A stretch of DNA of 64,000 nucleotides from NCBI RefSeq assembly GCF_026571515.1, contig NW_026866679.1:1-64000 (forward strand), read 5' to 3'. This stretch comes from Ruditapes philippinarum. Its lineage: Eukaryota. The notes beneath the pieces are model-generated. The model made no database searches. It was not told where the DNA came from and saw only the letters and a list, made by a program, of their open reading frames with translations. Below, piece by piece: positions 53,241 through 64,000 of the stretch. The stretch's first letter is position 1; each line of letters opens with the position of its first letter. The translations under genes and the position numbers were made by a program.

Positions 53241-56200
53241 GGTGAAAAGGTGTGCACTGAAGTGAAGTACGGGGCAACTTTCTACAGATGCCACACGGCA
53301 CTTGCCATCAGCTGTTGTGAAGTATAAAAATCTGGAAAACAAAGTGATGCCTCGGAAGCATAATCTAGACTGTACATTTTGGACAAATTGCCCCTTCCCC
53401 CCACCCCTTCAAAGTACTCTTGATGATGATTTATGACAATAATGAGACTCAGTAAGAGGAAAACTTTGTGGTTTGATATCATCAGTTAAAGTACAAGGAA
53501 TTTTATTTTACTGGGTCGGGTGGGGGCTACGTTCATTGAATGCCGCCTTTCCTTGTCGGATCAAATGGTGTCTAATATTTTGCTCCTCCTGTAATTACTG
53601 CCAACAGGTATGAATGTATGTATCACATTTTTATTACAATAATGAGACTCAGTAAGAGGAAAACTTTGTGGTTTGATATCATCAGTTAAAGTACAAGGAA
53701 TTTTATCAGGCCTGATTTGCTCCTCCTGTAATTACTGCCAACAGGTATGAATGTATGTATCACATTTTTATTGCTGATAAAATTGTGGATGTGGATATGT
53801 CAAGTGTATCTCTATAAAAGTGTTGTCATAGTTAGATTTGTTCCCCATTCACAAGAAATGTATAATTTCTGGAAGTGTTTCTGTTTTTAGCTCACCTGTC
53901 ACAAAGTGACAGGGTGAGCTTTTGTGATCGCTTTTCGTCCGGCGTCCGTCCGTCGTCCGTCCGTAACCTTTTGCTTTAAATGACATCTCCTCATAAACCA
54001 CTGAGCCAATTTCATCCAAACTTCACAGGTTTGTTCCTTTAGTGGTCACCTTTAAAAATTGTTCAAAGAATTTAATTCCATGCAGAACTCTGGTTGCCAT
54101 GGCAACCGAAAGAAAAATCTTTAAATATCTTCTTTTAAACAACCCTAAGAGCTAGAGCTTAGATATTTGGTATGAAACCTCTTCTAGTGAGTGTCTACCA
54201 AGTTTGTTCAAATAAAAGCCCTGGGGTCAAAATTGGCCACGCCCCAGGGGGTCATTGATTTTCCCTATATATGCATATAGTAAAAACTTTAAAATCTTCT
54301 TTTAAAGAACCCAAAGAGCTAGAGCTACGATATTTGGCATGAAACATCTTCTAGTGAGTGTCTACCAAGTTTGTTCAAATAAAAGCCCTGGGGTTATAAT
54401 TGGCCCCGCCCCAGGGGGTCATTGATTTTCCCTATATATGCATATAGTAAAAACTTAAAAATCTTCTTTTAAAGAACCCAAAGAGCTAGAGCTAAGATAT
54501 TTGGCATGAAACATTTCTAGTGAGTGTCTACAAAGTTTGTTCAAATAAAAGCCCTGGGGTCAAAATTGGCCCCGCCCCGGGGGTCATTGATTTTCCTTAT
54601 ATGTGTATGGCAAAAACTTAAAAATCTTCTTTGAAAAAACCCATATAGCTAGAGTTTAGATATATAGCATGAAACATCTCCTAATCATCGTCTACAAAGT
54701 TTGTTCAAATAAAAGCCCCGGGGTCAAAATTGGCCCTGCCCCTGGGGTCATTGATTTTCCTTTTTTTGTGTATAGCAAAAACTTAAAAATCTTCTTTGAA
54801 AAAAACCAAATAGCTAGAGTTTAGATATTAAGCATGAAACATCTTTTAGTAAATATCTACAAAGTTTCTTCAAATAAAAGCCCGGGGGTCAAAACTGGCC
54901 CTGCCCCAGGGGTGTCATTGTTTTTAACTATATGTGTATAGTAAAAACTTAAAAAATCTTCTTTTAAAAACCCAATGAGCTAGAACTTAGATGTTTAGCA
55001 TGAAACATCTTCTTATGGGTGTCTACCAAGTCTGTTCAAATAAACAAATAAAAGCCCTTGGGTAAAAATTGGCCCGGGGGGGGGGCTATATACAGGTGAG
55101 CGACCTCAGGGCCATCATAGCCCTCTTGTTTTAGTTACCTTTTCCTTTACCGTGATACACTTCACTTAATTCAATGACGGTACTGCAAATGAATTTGTTG
55201 TGTTTTGAATAACATCCCTGTTTCCAAAATTCATGAAAAATTGCCTCCCTTTCTTCAGTATATATTTTACTATGACACTTTTTTACAACTTTGGCCGCAC
55301 CAACTATTTAGAATTCTTGCTTGCTTGATTTTACCTGATAAAATTGCATATGTTTCACCTGCGTTTTTTTCTTTGTTACATTTTTTCCACACATCTTCAA
55401 TTCTTTGCCTTTTACGGCTGCGTTTTGGAAAAAAAAGACACTTGAACACGGACAAGGACGTACCAGAGCCTTGAGACACAGCAGACTGGCTGGAACAAGG
55501 AATGGGAGAGACTTTTTTATGCAGGACCAGACTGCTGTGTCTAATCAGACTGGTGGAAACTAGATAGATATACAGGTAGCTGGAACTGATTGATGTCAAG
55601 TCAGCCTGATCTGTACTGATCATAGAGCTTTGTGGATCACACTTATGTGTCAGATTAGACTGTTCATTAATTAACAGTATTTGCTGTGTTGTGTCATTTC
55701 TTAAAGATTTCAGAATCATACTATCTGGTGTATTTTTAATTTCTTTAAAGTTGTTGAAAATCTCTATAAAAATTGAATCAAGAAGTGTGGTACTGTCATT
55801 CAAATTCTCAAACGCCTCAGATAAGTCTTTAATGCTGTAATTTGCTTCAATAGATGGAACACTGCTGACAGTTGACATACTAGATCAACCAGCATACCAT
55901 TTTGAATCACGTAAAGACGACATGCAAGATCCTCATTACTCACATCAGAAAAAAAAAGATAAATACAGAATCACATCAGAAACCATCAAAATTTGAACCA
56001 GGCATGTCTGTGTTGCCTGGAATGGCAAATACACTTACAGCTTCAAAATGAATATTTTTGTTTTTGTCAACTGAAGATTACAGATGTCGTATAAACAGAC
56101 ATAATGCAGAGATACTGTTTTGTACATGTATAGTGAACACAGCTGTTCCATCTGATCCTTGCATTCTAGTTTTATTTCTTGAATGTGGATCAAAAATTAA

Positions 56201-56595
56201 GGATCTTTCTTTGACAAATATGAGAGCTGTACTGTCACCTGGTGTCATGTTACCCATAGTAAAAATGCATTTGTTCCTCTCAGAATTGTCGTCAGGGCTT
56301 CTTCTAAAGTAAAATATGGGCACTTTTTTCTGGAGACTCATTGTTAAACCAGTCAGGACTTCATCGAATTTCAGGCAGTAATAAAAATAATCACACTGAT
56401 GTTTTAGATCTTCTATTATGAGATATCTATTGGCTTATTTTTTGTATGCAGGGTATATAAGTGCTCCAAAATATAATCAAGCATACCTAGACACCATTCA
56501 CTAACAGGTGTTTTATATGATTTAAGAAAAGCTTCCACAGATTTGTCATGCACTGCCTGTCGTTAGCACATTTGTTGTGGCACTTATGATTGTAA
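53240..56595 (-). pseudogene. Decayed Helitron/Helentron-type ORF with a herpes-tegument (peptidase C76) deubiquitinase-like domain
   Basis: RQCMTN/..AFLK..PVSEWCLGMLDYILEH-LY...YLIIEDL (56390-56570) and LIFDPHSRNKTRMQGSDGTAV (56135-56205), followed by the 202-aa ORF 55270-55878. Many frameshifts; interrupted by 53885-55132. Confidence 0.65.
53885..55132 (+). mobile_element. Non-autonomous Helentron-type (pearl/DINE-like) element with ~6 internal ~166-bp tandem repeats
   Basis: 5' agctcacctgtcac-aaa-gtgacagggtgagct hairpin, then a CGTC microsatellite. Repeats with agctaga at ~54150, 54316, 54484, 54647, 54812 and 54978. 3' caggtgagc subTIR plus agggccatcatagccct hairpin. Inserted in a T run. 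Confidence 0.92.
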
Positions 56596-56869
56596 CCTGG
56601 GGAAAAAAGACTTATTAAAGAGAATACTTTCTAAATTTATGATTAAAATATCTAAATTTACAAGAACAGTCAACAGAACAAACGTTAATACATATCGAGC
56701 CATGATCAAAGAAAACTAATGCTGAATAAATTTGAATTTAAAGAAAGACCAAAAAATATAATTTTCCATTCATTATGAAGAATAAAAAATTGCCTGTCAG
56801 ACTGCATCAAAAGTTATTTTGGATAATCATATTTTATTAAATTGCATTGAAACGTTGTTAACTTTGTAT

Positions 56870-57158
56870 CATTTTGTAAAAGTGAGATTTGTCTTAATTG
56901 AAGAAATATCTAAATTTAAACAATACAAATTGTTTATGTTTAATTCAGTGTTTCCAAAATAACATAGTTAATAAATATTTGTCTTCTTATATATTAAATT
57001 ATACAATTTCAAAATTTTGTAAAAGTGAGATTTGTCTAAATTGAAGAAATATCCAAATTTAAACAATACAAATTGTTTATGTTTAATTCAGTGTTTCCAA
57101 AATAACATAGTTAATAAATATTTGTCTTCTTATAAATTAAATTATACAATTTCAAAAT
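56870..57158 (+). repeat. Two-copy tandem repeat, ~143-bp unit
   Basis: agtgagatttgtct at 56881 and 57024; units nearly identical. Confidence 0.9.
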
Positions 57159-57298
57159 TCTCCCAAATTTATAACAATACAGAGACTAAGATAAAGATAA
57201 TCGCAAAGTCAAGTATTAAAAATCACTTTAAAACGGTTACTGTTGTTACATAACATGATGTAAACTAATGATATGTAAACATGATCTGTATAAATTGT

Positions 57299-57563
57299 TG
57301 GGGCGTCCGTGGCCGAGTGGTTAAGGTCGTTGACTTCAAACCACTTGCCCCTCACCGCTGTGGGTTCGAATAAATCCCAACAGATTCTTTCATGTGAGAA
57401 GCTATCCAGCTAGCTTACGGAACGTCGGCGGTTCTACTCAGGTGCCCGTTCGTGCCTGAAATAATGCACGGAAGGGCACCTGAGCTCCTCCTCTATCAGT
57501 ATAAATAGAACGTCGCCAAATGACCTATACTCTGTCGGTGTGACGTAACCCCCTAAAAAACCC
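57299..57563 (+). mobile_element. tRNA-derived SINE (RUDI-like) with 11-bp target-site duplication
   Basis: A box tggccgagtgg, B box ggttcgaa, A-rich tail. TSD gtataaattgt at 57288-57298 and 57564-57574. Confidence 0.92.
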
Positions 57564-59601
57564 GTATAAATTGTACATGAATTTGACTCTGATAATGTCA
57601 TAATTTGGCTCGGGCGATGGCATAATTGTGATGTCACAAACATAATTGCACTGAATAACCCCAATGAAGATGAAAATATTTTGGTGCAATAAGTGAATAT
57701 GTGGACTTGTATCATTCTTGCACGAAATTTAATTTAGTACAGAAATATTGGTGCAACAAGTGAATATGTGCACTTATTCAATTATTGCACTGAAATAAAA
57801 TTTAAATGTTAATGTTACATTTTGCTTTTATGTATTAAAGTCAAATTTTTTTATAAAGTATGGCTCCAATATTTTTTCAGGACATTAAATAACACTGTTT
57901 TTAAAATAATTTATTTTATAGCAAAAATAATTTTGAGAACATTTCCACTTATTGGAGTTTTTACCCTAAGATGACGCGCAACTATATTTTAGTTAAATCG
58001 TTGATTTTTAAGTTTGTGTCTATCAAACGATTTTGTTCAAACGAGTTATCATAAAACGATATTCTCTTTTTAGAAGAATTAAAATGCTTCTCAATTGAAA
58101 ATTACTGACAGTATAGATTAAAAGAGAAAATGCTTTCAGAATAAAATTTGTTAAGTATCATGGATTGTCTTTTGAAATTAAGAACAATTCCAAACAATAC
58201 AAATTGCTAGTCTTAACAATTACATTCCCACAATATATTTTTTCCAGTTTACAATTACTCTTATGTCGAAAGAGGCAGTCAACTAACTTAAGGTACATTA
58301 GGATGCGTTCAAGTTAGATGAATCGTCAATTACATCTTGTGTAACGTAGTTCGCTTCACGCCGTTAACAGACATACTTTTTGTGGAGTAAATAAATAACA
58401 AATAATGTGATCTTTAGGGAGAAAATAACGTAATAAAAAATCGGCTTCTCAACTATGCCTTAAGGTTATCATTTTGCTAAGAGTTTTAAAGCTACAATGG
58501 AATAATCTGGTTAAGATTACGTCACTCATGAACTGTTTGTTTTTGTATCTTTAATGTTCTCAACATTTATTTCTTTAAAGGAAATATGTCATATTTTAAT
58601 TTGACAAAGATTTAATTACTCAAACTGAGGTATGCTTTATATTTGACATACCGACAAACGAAGCAACACAGTCGGAAAGTCTTATATTTTAGTAACATTT
58701 CATTAGACACTACGTCTATTACAAACACGATAATGTGTATATGTATGTAACAGAGAGTTTGTTTTCTTTATAAATAATTTGAAAGTAATATTCATTTTAT
58801 TCTTAGAGGATTAAATTAATCAATAGACAACCCCCTGAGAATTTCCTCCTTTACTCTGTTTAGCACGTTAACAAACTGTAAAAAGTTTTTTCCCCAAGCT
58901 AGCTCATTACCACCTACAAAAGACAATGTCCAGTTAAGGCAGAAATGATAAATACTTAAATAATGAGACAGACTGACCTCAATGCTAAAAGTACGTACTT
59001 TATTCATAACGCCAATAAATTTGCGTTGAAGTTTTAAAAAAAGTGTTAAAAGAAACGTATATATTCAAATCGGATTGTGGTATTATAATAAATAAAACAG
59101 AATCACGTTTAATTGATGCCTTTATCAAATTGTTTGGGCATAGCTTTACGTTCGTTCAATAATATCTTCAAATAATTGAGTTTCATGTTTGTCTTTTTCT
59201 TAATTTGCACATATAATATTCTACTCATTCATTTTTTTCATGCTGCTCTCTTATAAATTGAATACAATCATTGAAATATAAATCATCAACTGATAATATG
59301 TCAAATAACTTTAAACTCTAAATTTCTGTTTCTAATGTAAGTTGTTTCTACAGAGGAATCCATGACATAATATTATTTTTTACATTGATTTATGTTTACT
59401 TAATTTTATATATCGTATAGCAAACGGTTTGCGTTCAGCGAACGCCGCCTTTCCTTGTTGATCTTGTTTACCATATTTTGGCTTATGTAACATTTGACTT
59501 GACCGATTTTAATAGCCTTTGGGAGAAAACTGCATGTAATGTATCGATGTTTAAATATTGCAAGTGTCATTCTCAATGATAGGAAAGGTTTTTAGACTTA
59601 C

Positions 59602-59701
59602 CTATAGGAATTGTCACTCCATCATATGATGTTTTTGTAATTCCAGGTGGAATTGTCAAGTAATATATAACGATCAAATAAGTATATTCATTCCAGTACA
59701 T
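59602..59701 (-). CDS. Alternative first coding exon E: MYWNEYTYLIVIYYLTIPPGITKTSYDGVTIPI-G
   Basis: aaaATG start, 33 codons + 1 nt, phase-1 donor G/gtaagt. Confidence 0.83.
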
Positions 59702-60119
59702 TTTGATACTCCGAAACATTTCCTTTTTGTTATTAAGTGTTAAAGCGGTATAAAAGTATTTTTATCTTAAAGAGTCATTAAGACTGTTAAGATATCACGA
59801 TATATGTCTCTTCAGTTAGTTATCTTTTAGATATTAGATGCATCAGAAATAAATTCATTTTATACATATTGACGAAATTGAAAAGCGTTATTCGGAACAT
59901 CAGTATTGTATTCTTAAAAACGTGGTCCAGAAATATATCGATTGTCAGTTTCTCCAATGAAATAACAGGAATAGATTCAATCGTCTGTATAAATCCTTCA
60001 ATATTAATAAAACCCTTACCGTGGAATAAGACACTTTATATTACATTAACAGAGGATTGTTTGAAATGTCATGCAATTGAGAAAATAATTAAATATAGGT
60101 TTAACGGAAAGGAAAGATC

Positions 60120-60185
60120 TCTTAGTTAAGAAACAGAAATCCGATATTTTGTCATGGAAAATAGCAGTTTTCGTTGACGTTTGTT
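60120..60185 (-). promoter_or_regulatory. Conserved upstream module of exon E
   Basis: tccgatatt at 60140 and tgacg at 60175; 439 bp upstream of the ATG. Confidence 0.6.
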
Positions 60186-60481
60186 CTCTTTAGAGTTTTT
60201 CATTGAATAAAAATAGGAAATCTTCTATGAAATTGAAATGAAATAAATAGATATTTATCCTTAAAGTTGAACTTATTATGATATATGATTGGATTAGAAG
60301 CATGTTTTTCATTATAGTACAATCACCCATTAATGTAACAGAGAAGAAAATATTCTTTTAGAAATACATGTAATCTGTCATGTTAGAATGTATTCTTTAT
60401 ACATGTCATTTCACACTTTTAAACTTAAATATCAAACTGACCTTAGGCTGTAAATGCCTACGTCTTCAATAATGTCATGTC

Positions 60482-60484
<3 letters not shown>

Positions 60485-60526
<42 letters not shown>
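60485..60526. repeat. (AT)n microsatellite
   Basis: About 21 AT units. Confidence 0.97.
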
Positions 60527-60530
<4 letters not shown>

Positions 60531-61682
60531 TGTGTGTATGTATATATTGAAAACGTTTTCAGACATGAATATTGCATTATAAATGATGCCTTACATCACC
60601 AGTATGTCGCACAGTGTATCTTGCCAATGTACACCAATTACTCACTGAAAATTGCAAGTTTATGGTATATAATTGCTTGTGTGATTGAATAATAACACAG
60701 CTAAAAGCAATATGTGCGGTTATGTTTATTAATGTATATTTTTACATATATTTAACTTCTGCTTTTAAGACCACCGCCGCTGGTAAAAGAAATAAAGAAT
60801 CCATTTTTTTATAAAAGGTTAAAGATTCAGAAAAGAAGAAGTCATGTTCAGTGTAAATTTTCTGAACTGAATATGACACTTACCTAAAATAGTAAAAATT
60901 ACATTTTGAGCATATACTTGTAAGTCCGTAAATAAAGACTTCCAAAAACATTATTAAATATGGTGTACCAAAACTGACTTCTTGACAGGGCAGTATGACG
61001 CGATATATACTGCTTTCTCCTCGGTTTATATTTAATTTCACTACTGTACCATATCATATCTACCAGCTTAAACACCATATCTATCTTATCAGTATATTGT
61101 TTAAATGATTTTACATGTCAAATCAGCATCTGAATACGGCACAAATCCACATTGCTTCATTTTATTTTTTCTCTTTAATTATCTTTATAAATGTCGGACA
61201 GGAACGCTACTTTTCTAATATTCATAAATAACATAAAAATGCAAACAACCGTAAATGTCTTTAACACTTATTCGCTCGTCTCAACAGTAACAACAGAATG
61301 TACGCGGAATTAAGCTACATTTTTAGCGTTCTTCGGGCAGATTTTTGTATACTTTGAAAATCTATTCTATGAAAAACAGTGATGCTCTGTATGACAACAA
61401 TATAATCTGATACGTTTTATAATTTATGTTAGTGAGAGCATAAAATGTTTAGGCATTAAATGATTAGATTAGATAAATCAAAATTCATTTATCGTTTAAT
61501 ACATGTACATACAAATGAAAGGAAAGTATTGGTTTACGATGAATTATATAAATATGCCATGGATTTTATTGATAAATAGTAATGTAAATTCATTTGAAAA
61601 GGGTTTAATATTCAAAATAATGTATAGATATTTGCACGAAGAAGATGAAAAGTATACACAATAAGTAATTATCATAGTATTG

Positions 61683-62859
61683 CAAGCAATCCAGAAGTCC
61701 CCTACCTGTTAGAACCCCAGCAACATTCTGATGGGCCATTGGCCATTCAATTTTACCAGTGAATGAATGACATGAATGAACTTAAATCTTTTGAGTTATA
61801 AGTTTGTCTATATCACAGTAATGTGTTAAGTTTCCCTGCCTAGTAAGGAAATTATGTTTATACAACCTTGTCATGTTATTACGATGTTGGATTTGAAAGT
61901 AAATCCTATAGGGATGAAGAAGCTGAAGTGAAAAATACCAATTTCTCGAAAAAATCTAAGTTCAAGGGGGACATAATTCTGGAAATAGTCTTGCTAGAGT
62001 ATTTAACCTTTTCAAAAATGTTGAGTGATAATAAGAAACATATATATGAAGTTTGAGGTAGATACATTAGGAAATAAAGAAGTTATTAAAAAAAGACAAC
62101 ATTTTTTTTTCCATAAAAATTCTAAGTTCAAGGGAGGTAATACTGATAACTTTTATGCTAGAGTTGTAAACCTTGTCACATATGATGTGATTGATGACCA
62201 GAAACTTATATTTAAAGTTTGAAGTAAACACCTTAAGAAATAAAGAACTTATAGTGAAAAAGCTGAAAAATTTAAATAAGAAATCTTGAAATTCAGGCTA
62301 TTTGTTGCCATAGCAACCAGAATTTTCAACATAGGAAGGAAAGGAAAAAGATGTGCATAATCTCAAGACTGCCATCTACCCATATTTCAAGTTTCATAAA
62401 AATATTTTCAGTACTTTTTGAGTTATCACTGGATCCAGTTTATGTTTTAAATTTGCCATATTTTCAGACTGTTTGTTGCCATAGCAACCAGGATTTTCAG
62501 CATAGGAAGAAAAAAAAGATGTGCATAATCTCCATACTGCCATCAATCCATATATCAAGTTTCATTAAAATATTTTCAGTACTTTTTGCGTTATAGCGGG
62601 ATCCAGTTTTGTGAACGGACTGACAGACGGACGTTCTCACAGGACAGTAATTATGTGGCTACTCTATTGTTCTCTCTATTGTTCTTTTTAGCCACACAAA
62701 AGAAAATAGCCACATAAAAGCATTACGGAATGAATGACATCAAAGAGAAAGAACAGTTACCTATTGTCCCTCTAGCCACATAATTACTCTGACAGACAGA
62801 CAGACGGACGGAGGGTAAACCTAAAGTCCCCTTCGGTTAAACCGGTAGGGGACTAATAA
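61683..62859 (-). mobile_element. Non-autonomous Helentron-type element with two kinds of internal repeat
   Basis: SubTIR agtcccctacc (~61696) / ggtaggggact (~62844), terminal hairpin and GACA/GACG microsatellite. Repeats ctaagttcaaggg (61957, 62122) and ttgttgccatagcaaccag (~62302, ~62473). Confidence 0.85.
62634..62792. mobile_element. Small MITE nested in the microsatellite of the Helentron-type element
   Basis: Perfect 16-bp inverted repeat agtaattatgtggcta (62646-62661) / tagccacataattact (62773-62788) interrupting the GACA/GACG tract. Confidence 0.7.
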
Positions 62860-64000
62860 CCATATGCTTTCTTTCGACTACTGAAATATATCAACCCAGT
62901 GTATTGGAAAGCAGCATTAGATTTGCCGTTGTAATTCACTTTTTATTAAAGTTATGACAAAGACAGTTTATATAATTAATTATACACTCTGTCTGATATC
63001 ACCACGAAGGAAATAGTCTAAAAGGTGAGAAAAAATAATACGAATACGAGGAAAAACAAACTAACTAGCAAATATTAAGTTACGTAAATCATGTATTTCT
63101 TAATAGACCTAGCTAAATATTATATTTTTTTATCTCCTCTTAATTATGATACCATCAATTGTTTGTGTATATGAATTGTTGACCATACACATTTTGCTTT
63201 ATAAATATTTTCACATATCAGAATATGGATTACCATAAAAACAAAATAGCTTTCTTAGTCTACTACAAATAATGCGTCATATGTTTTCCTTATCTACATA
63301 GATCTACTTAAATATTTTTTATGTGAACTTTATCTCAAACGTAATAATTAATTCCTTTAATAATCATGAACAATATAACTTCCCGTTCATAAAGAAACTG
63401 ATCCTTCATTGGAACTTTTACGCATTAATATAAACCTTTTATATATAAGGCAAAACAGAATTCATTGTAATTGCCTAGCATGATGTATGGAATTAAGGCT
63501 CATATCTCTTTAGATAACATATACTGGTAAATCTTTTCATATTTTATGTCCTAAAATTTGACAGACTCAGAGTCACAAGAAAAACATTAAAGTTCTATAG
63601 AGTACAACACTTCAATTGTTGAAATTTGAGTATCGTTCACGTCTTTGCTATGGGGTGTCAGAAATGTTGCACATATTTATAATCCTTCATGTGCAGAGTC
63701 TGTAATTTTCATGTAATTTTGCCCTTATTTAATGCTTCCGACGGATCACTTTTTTCAAATTTTCACCGTAAAAAAGCATAACAGAGAGTGTGTTCTTTTC
63801 CTTAAACTTGCGAAAACGTTATTATGACGTATCAATTACTTTATTGCTATTTACTTCCAAAACTTCAAATTTTGAACAATCTTTGATGTAAGAAGTAAAA
63901 TCTTTTTCTCTTTTTGTCTTTTATGTCAGATTTTATCTTGTCAAATATGAATAACATGTAAGATAAACAACACTACCCAAAACTTAAATATGTTTGTTAT

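Noticed and set aside
54140-55080. Regular repeats superficially like a CRISPR array
   Set aside because: Whole ~166-bp units repeat with no unique spacers, in a eukaryotic Helentron context.
57300-57372. tRNA gene
   Set aside because: The tRNA-like head continues into a SINE body with tail and TSD; the acceptor stem is incomplete.
35274-57900. Other TCCAATATT-like hits (35274, ~37236, 57865)
   Set aside because: They lack TGACG at +35, module homology and a downstream exon.

Overview
AT-rich, repeat-laden eukaryotic DNA with no complete gene. The repeat inventory (RUDI-type tRNA SINEs, a ~245-bp fold-back MITE, Helentron-type elements with ~166-bp internal repeats, Penelope-like RT remnants) suggests a bivalve, probably a venerid clam; this is an inference from remembered family features. 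Almost all ORF-track entries are chance ORFs. The main signal is an array of five paralogous 100-103 nt minus-strand coding exons (23661-23760, 26786-26885, 29289-29388, 47926-48028, 59602-59701). Each starts at an ATG with A at -3, encodes a different signal-peptide-like sequence ending G[VL]TIP[IMV]G, and stops at a canonical phase-1 donor (GTAAGT/GTGAGT). Each has a conserved element 370-650 bp upstream, TCCRATATT-N26-TGACG on the + strand, whose second half is decayed only for the 47.9 kb exon. A sixth copy of the element has no intact exon. No downstream coding exons are visible between the cassettes. The best reading is a protocadherin/UGT1-style cluster of alternative promoters and first exons splicing to a shared exon 2 left of the window, probably of an ionotropic glutamate receptor. 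The window also holds a segmental duplication (1-5990 vs 8530-16365), two Crypton-like hairpin elements with a shared structural pattern, a decayed Tx1/L1 LINE split by a MITE, and a decayed Helitron-type ORF with a herpes-tegument (C76) deubiquitinase-like domain.
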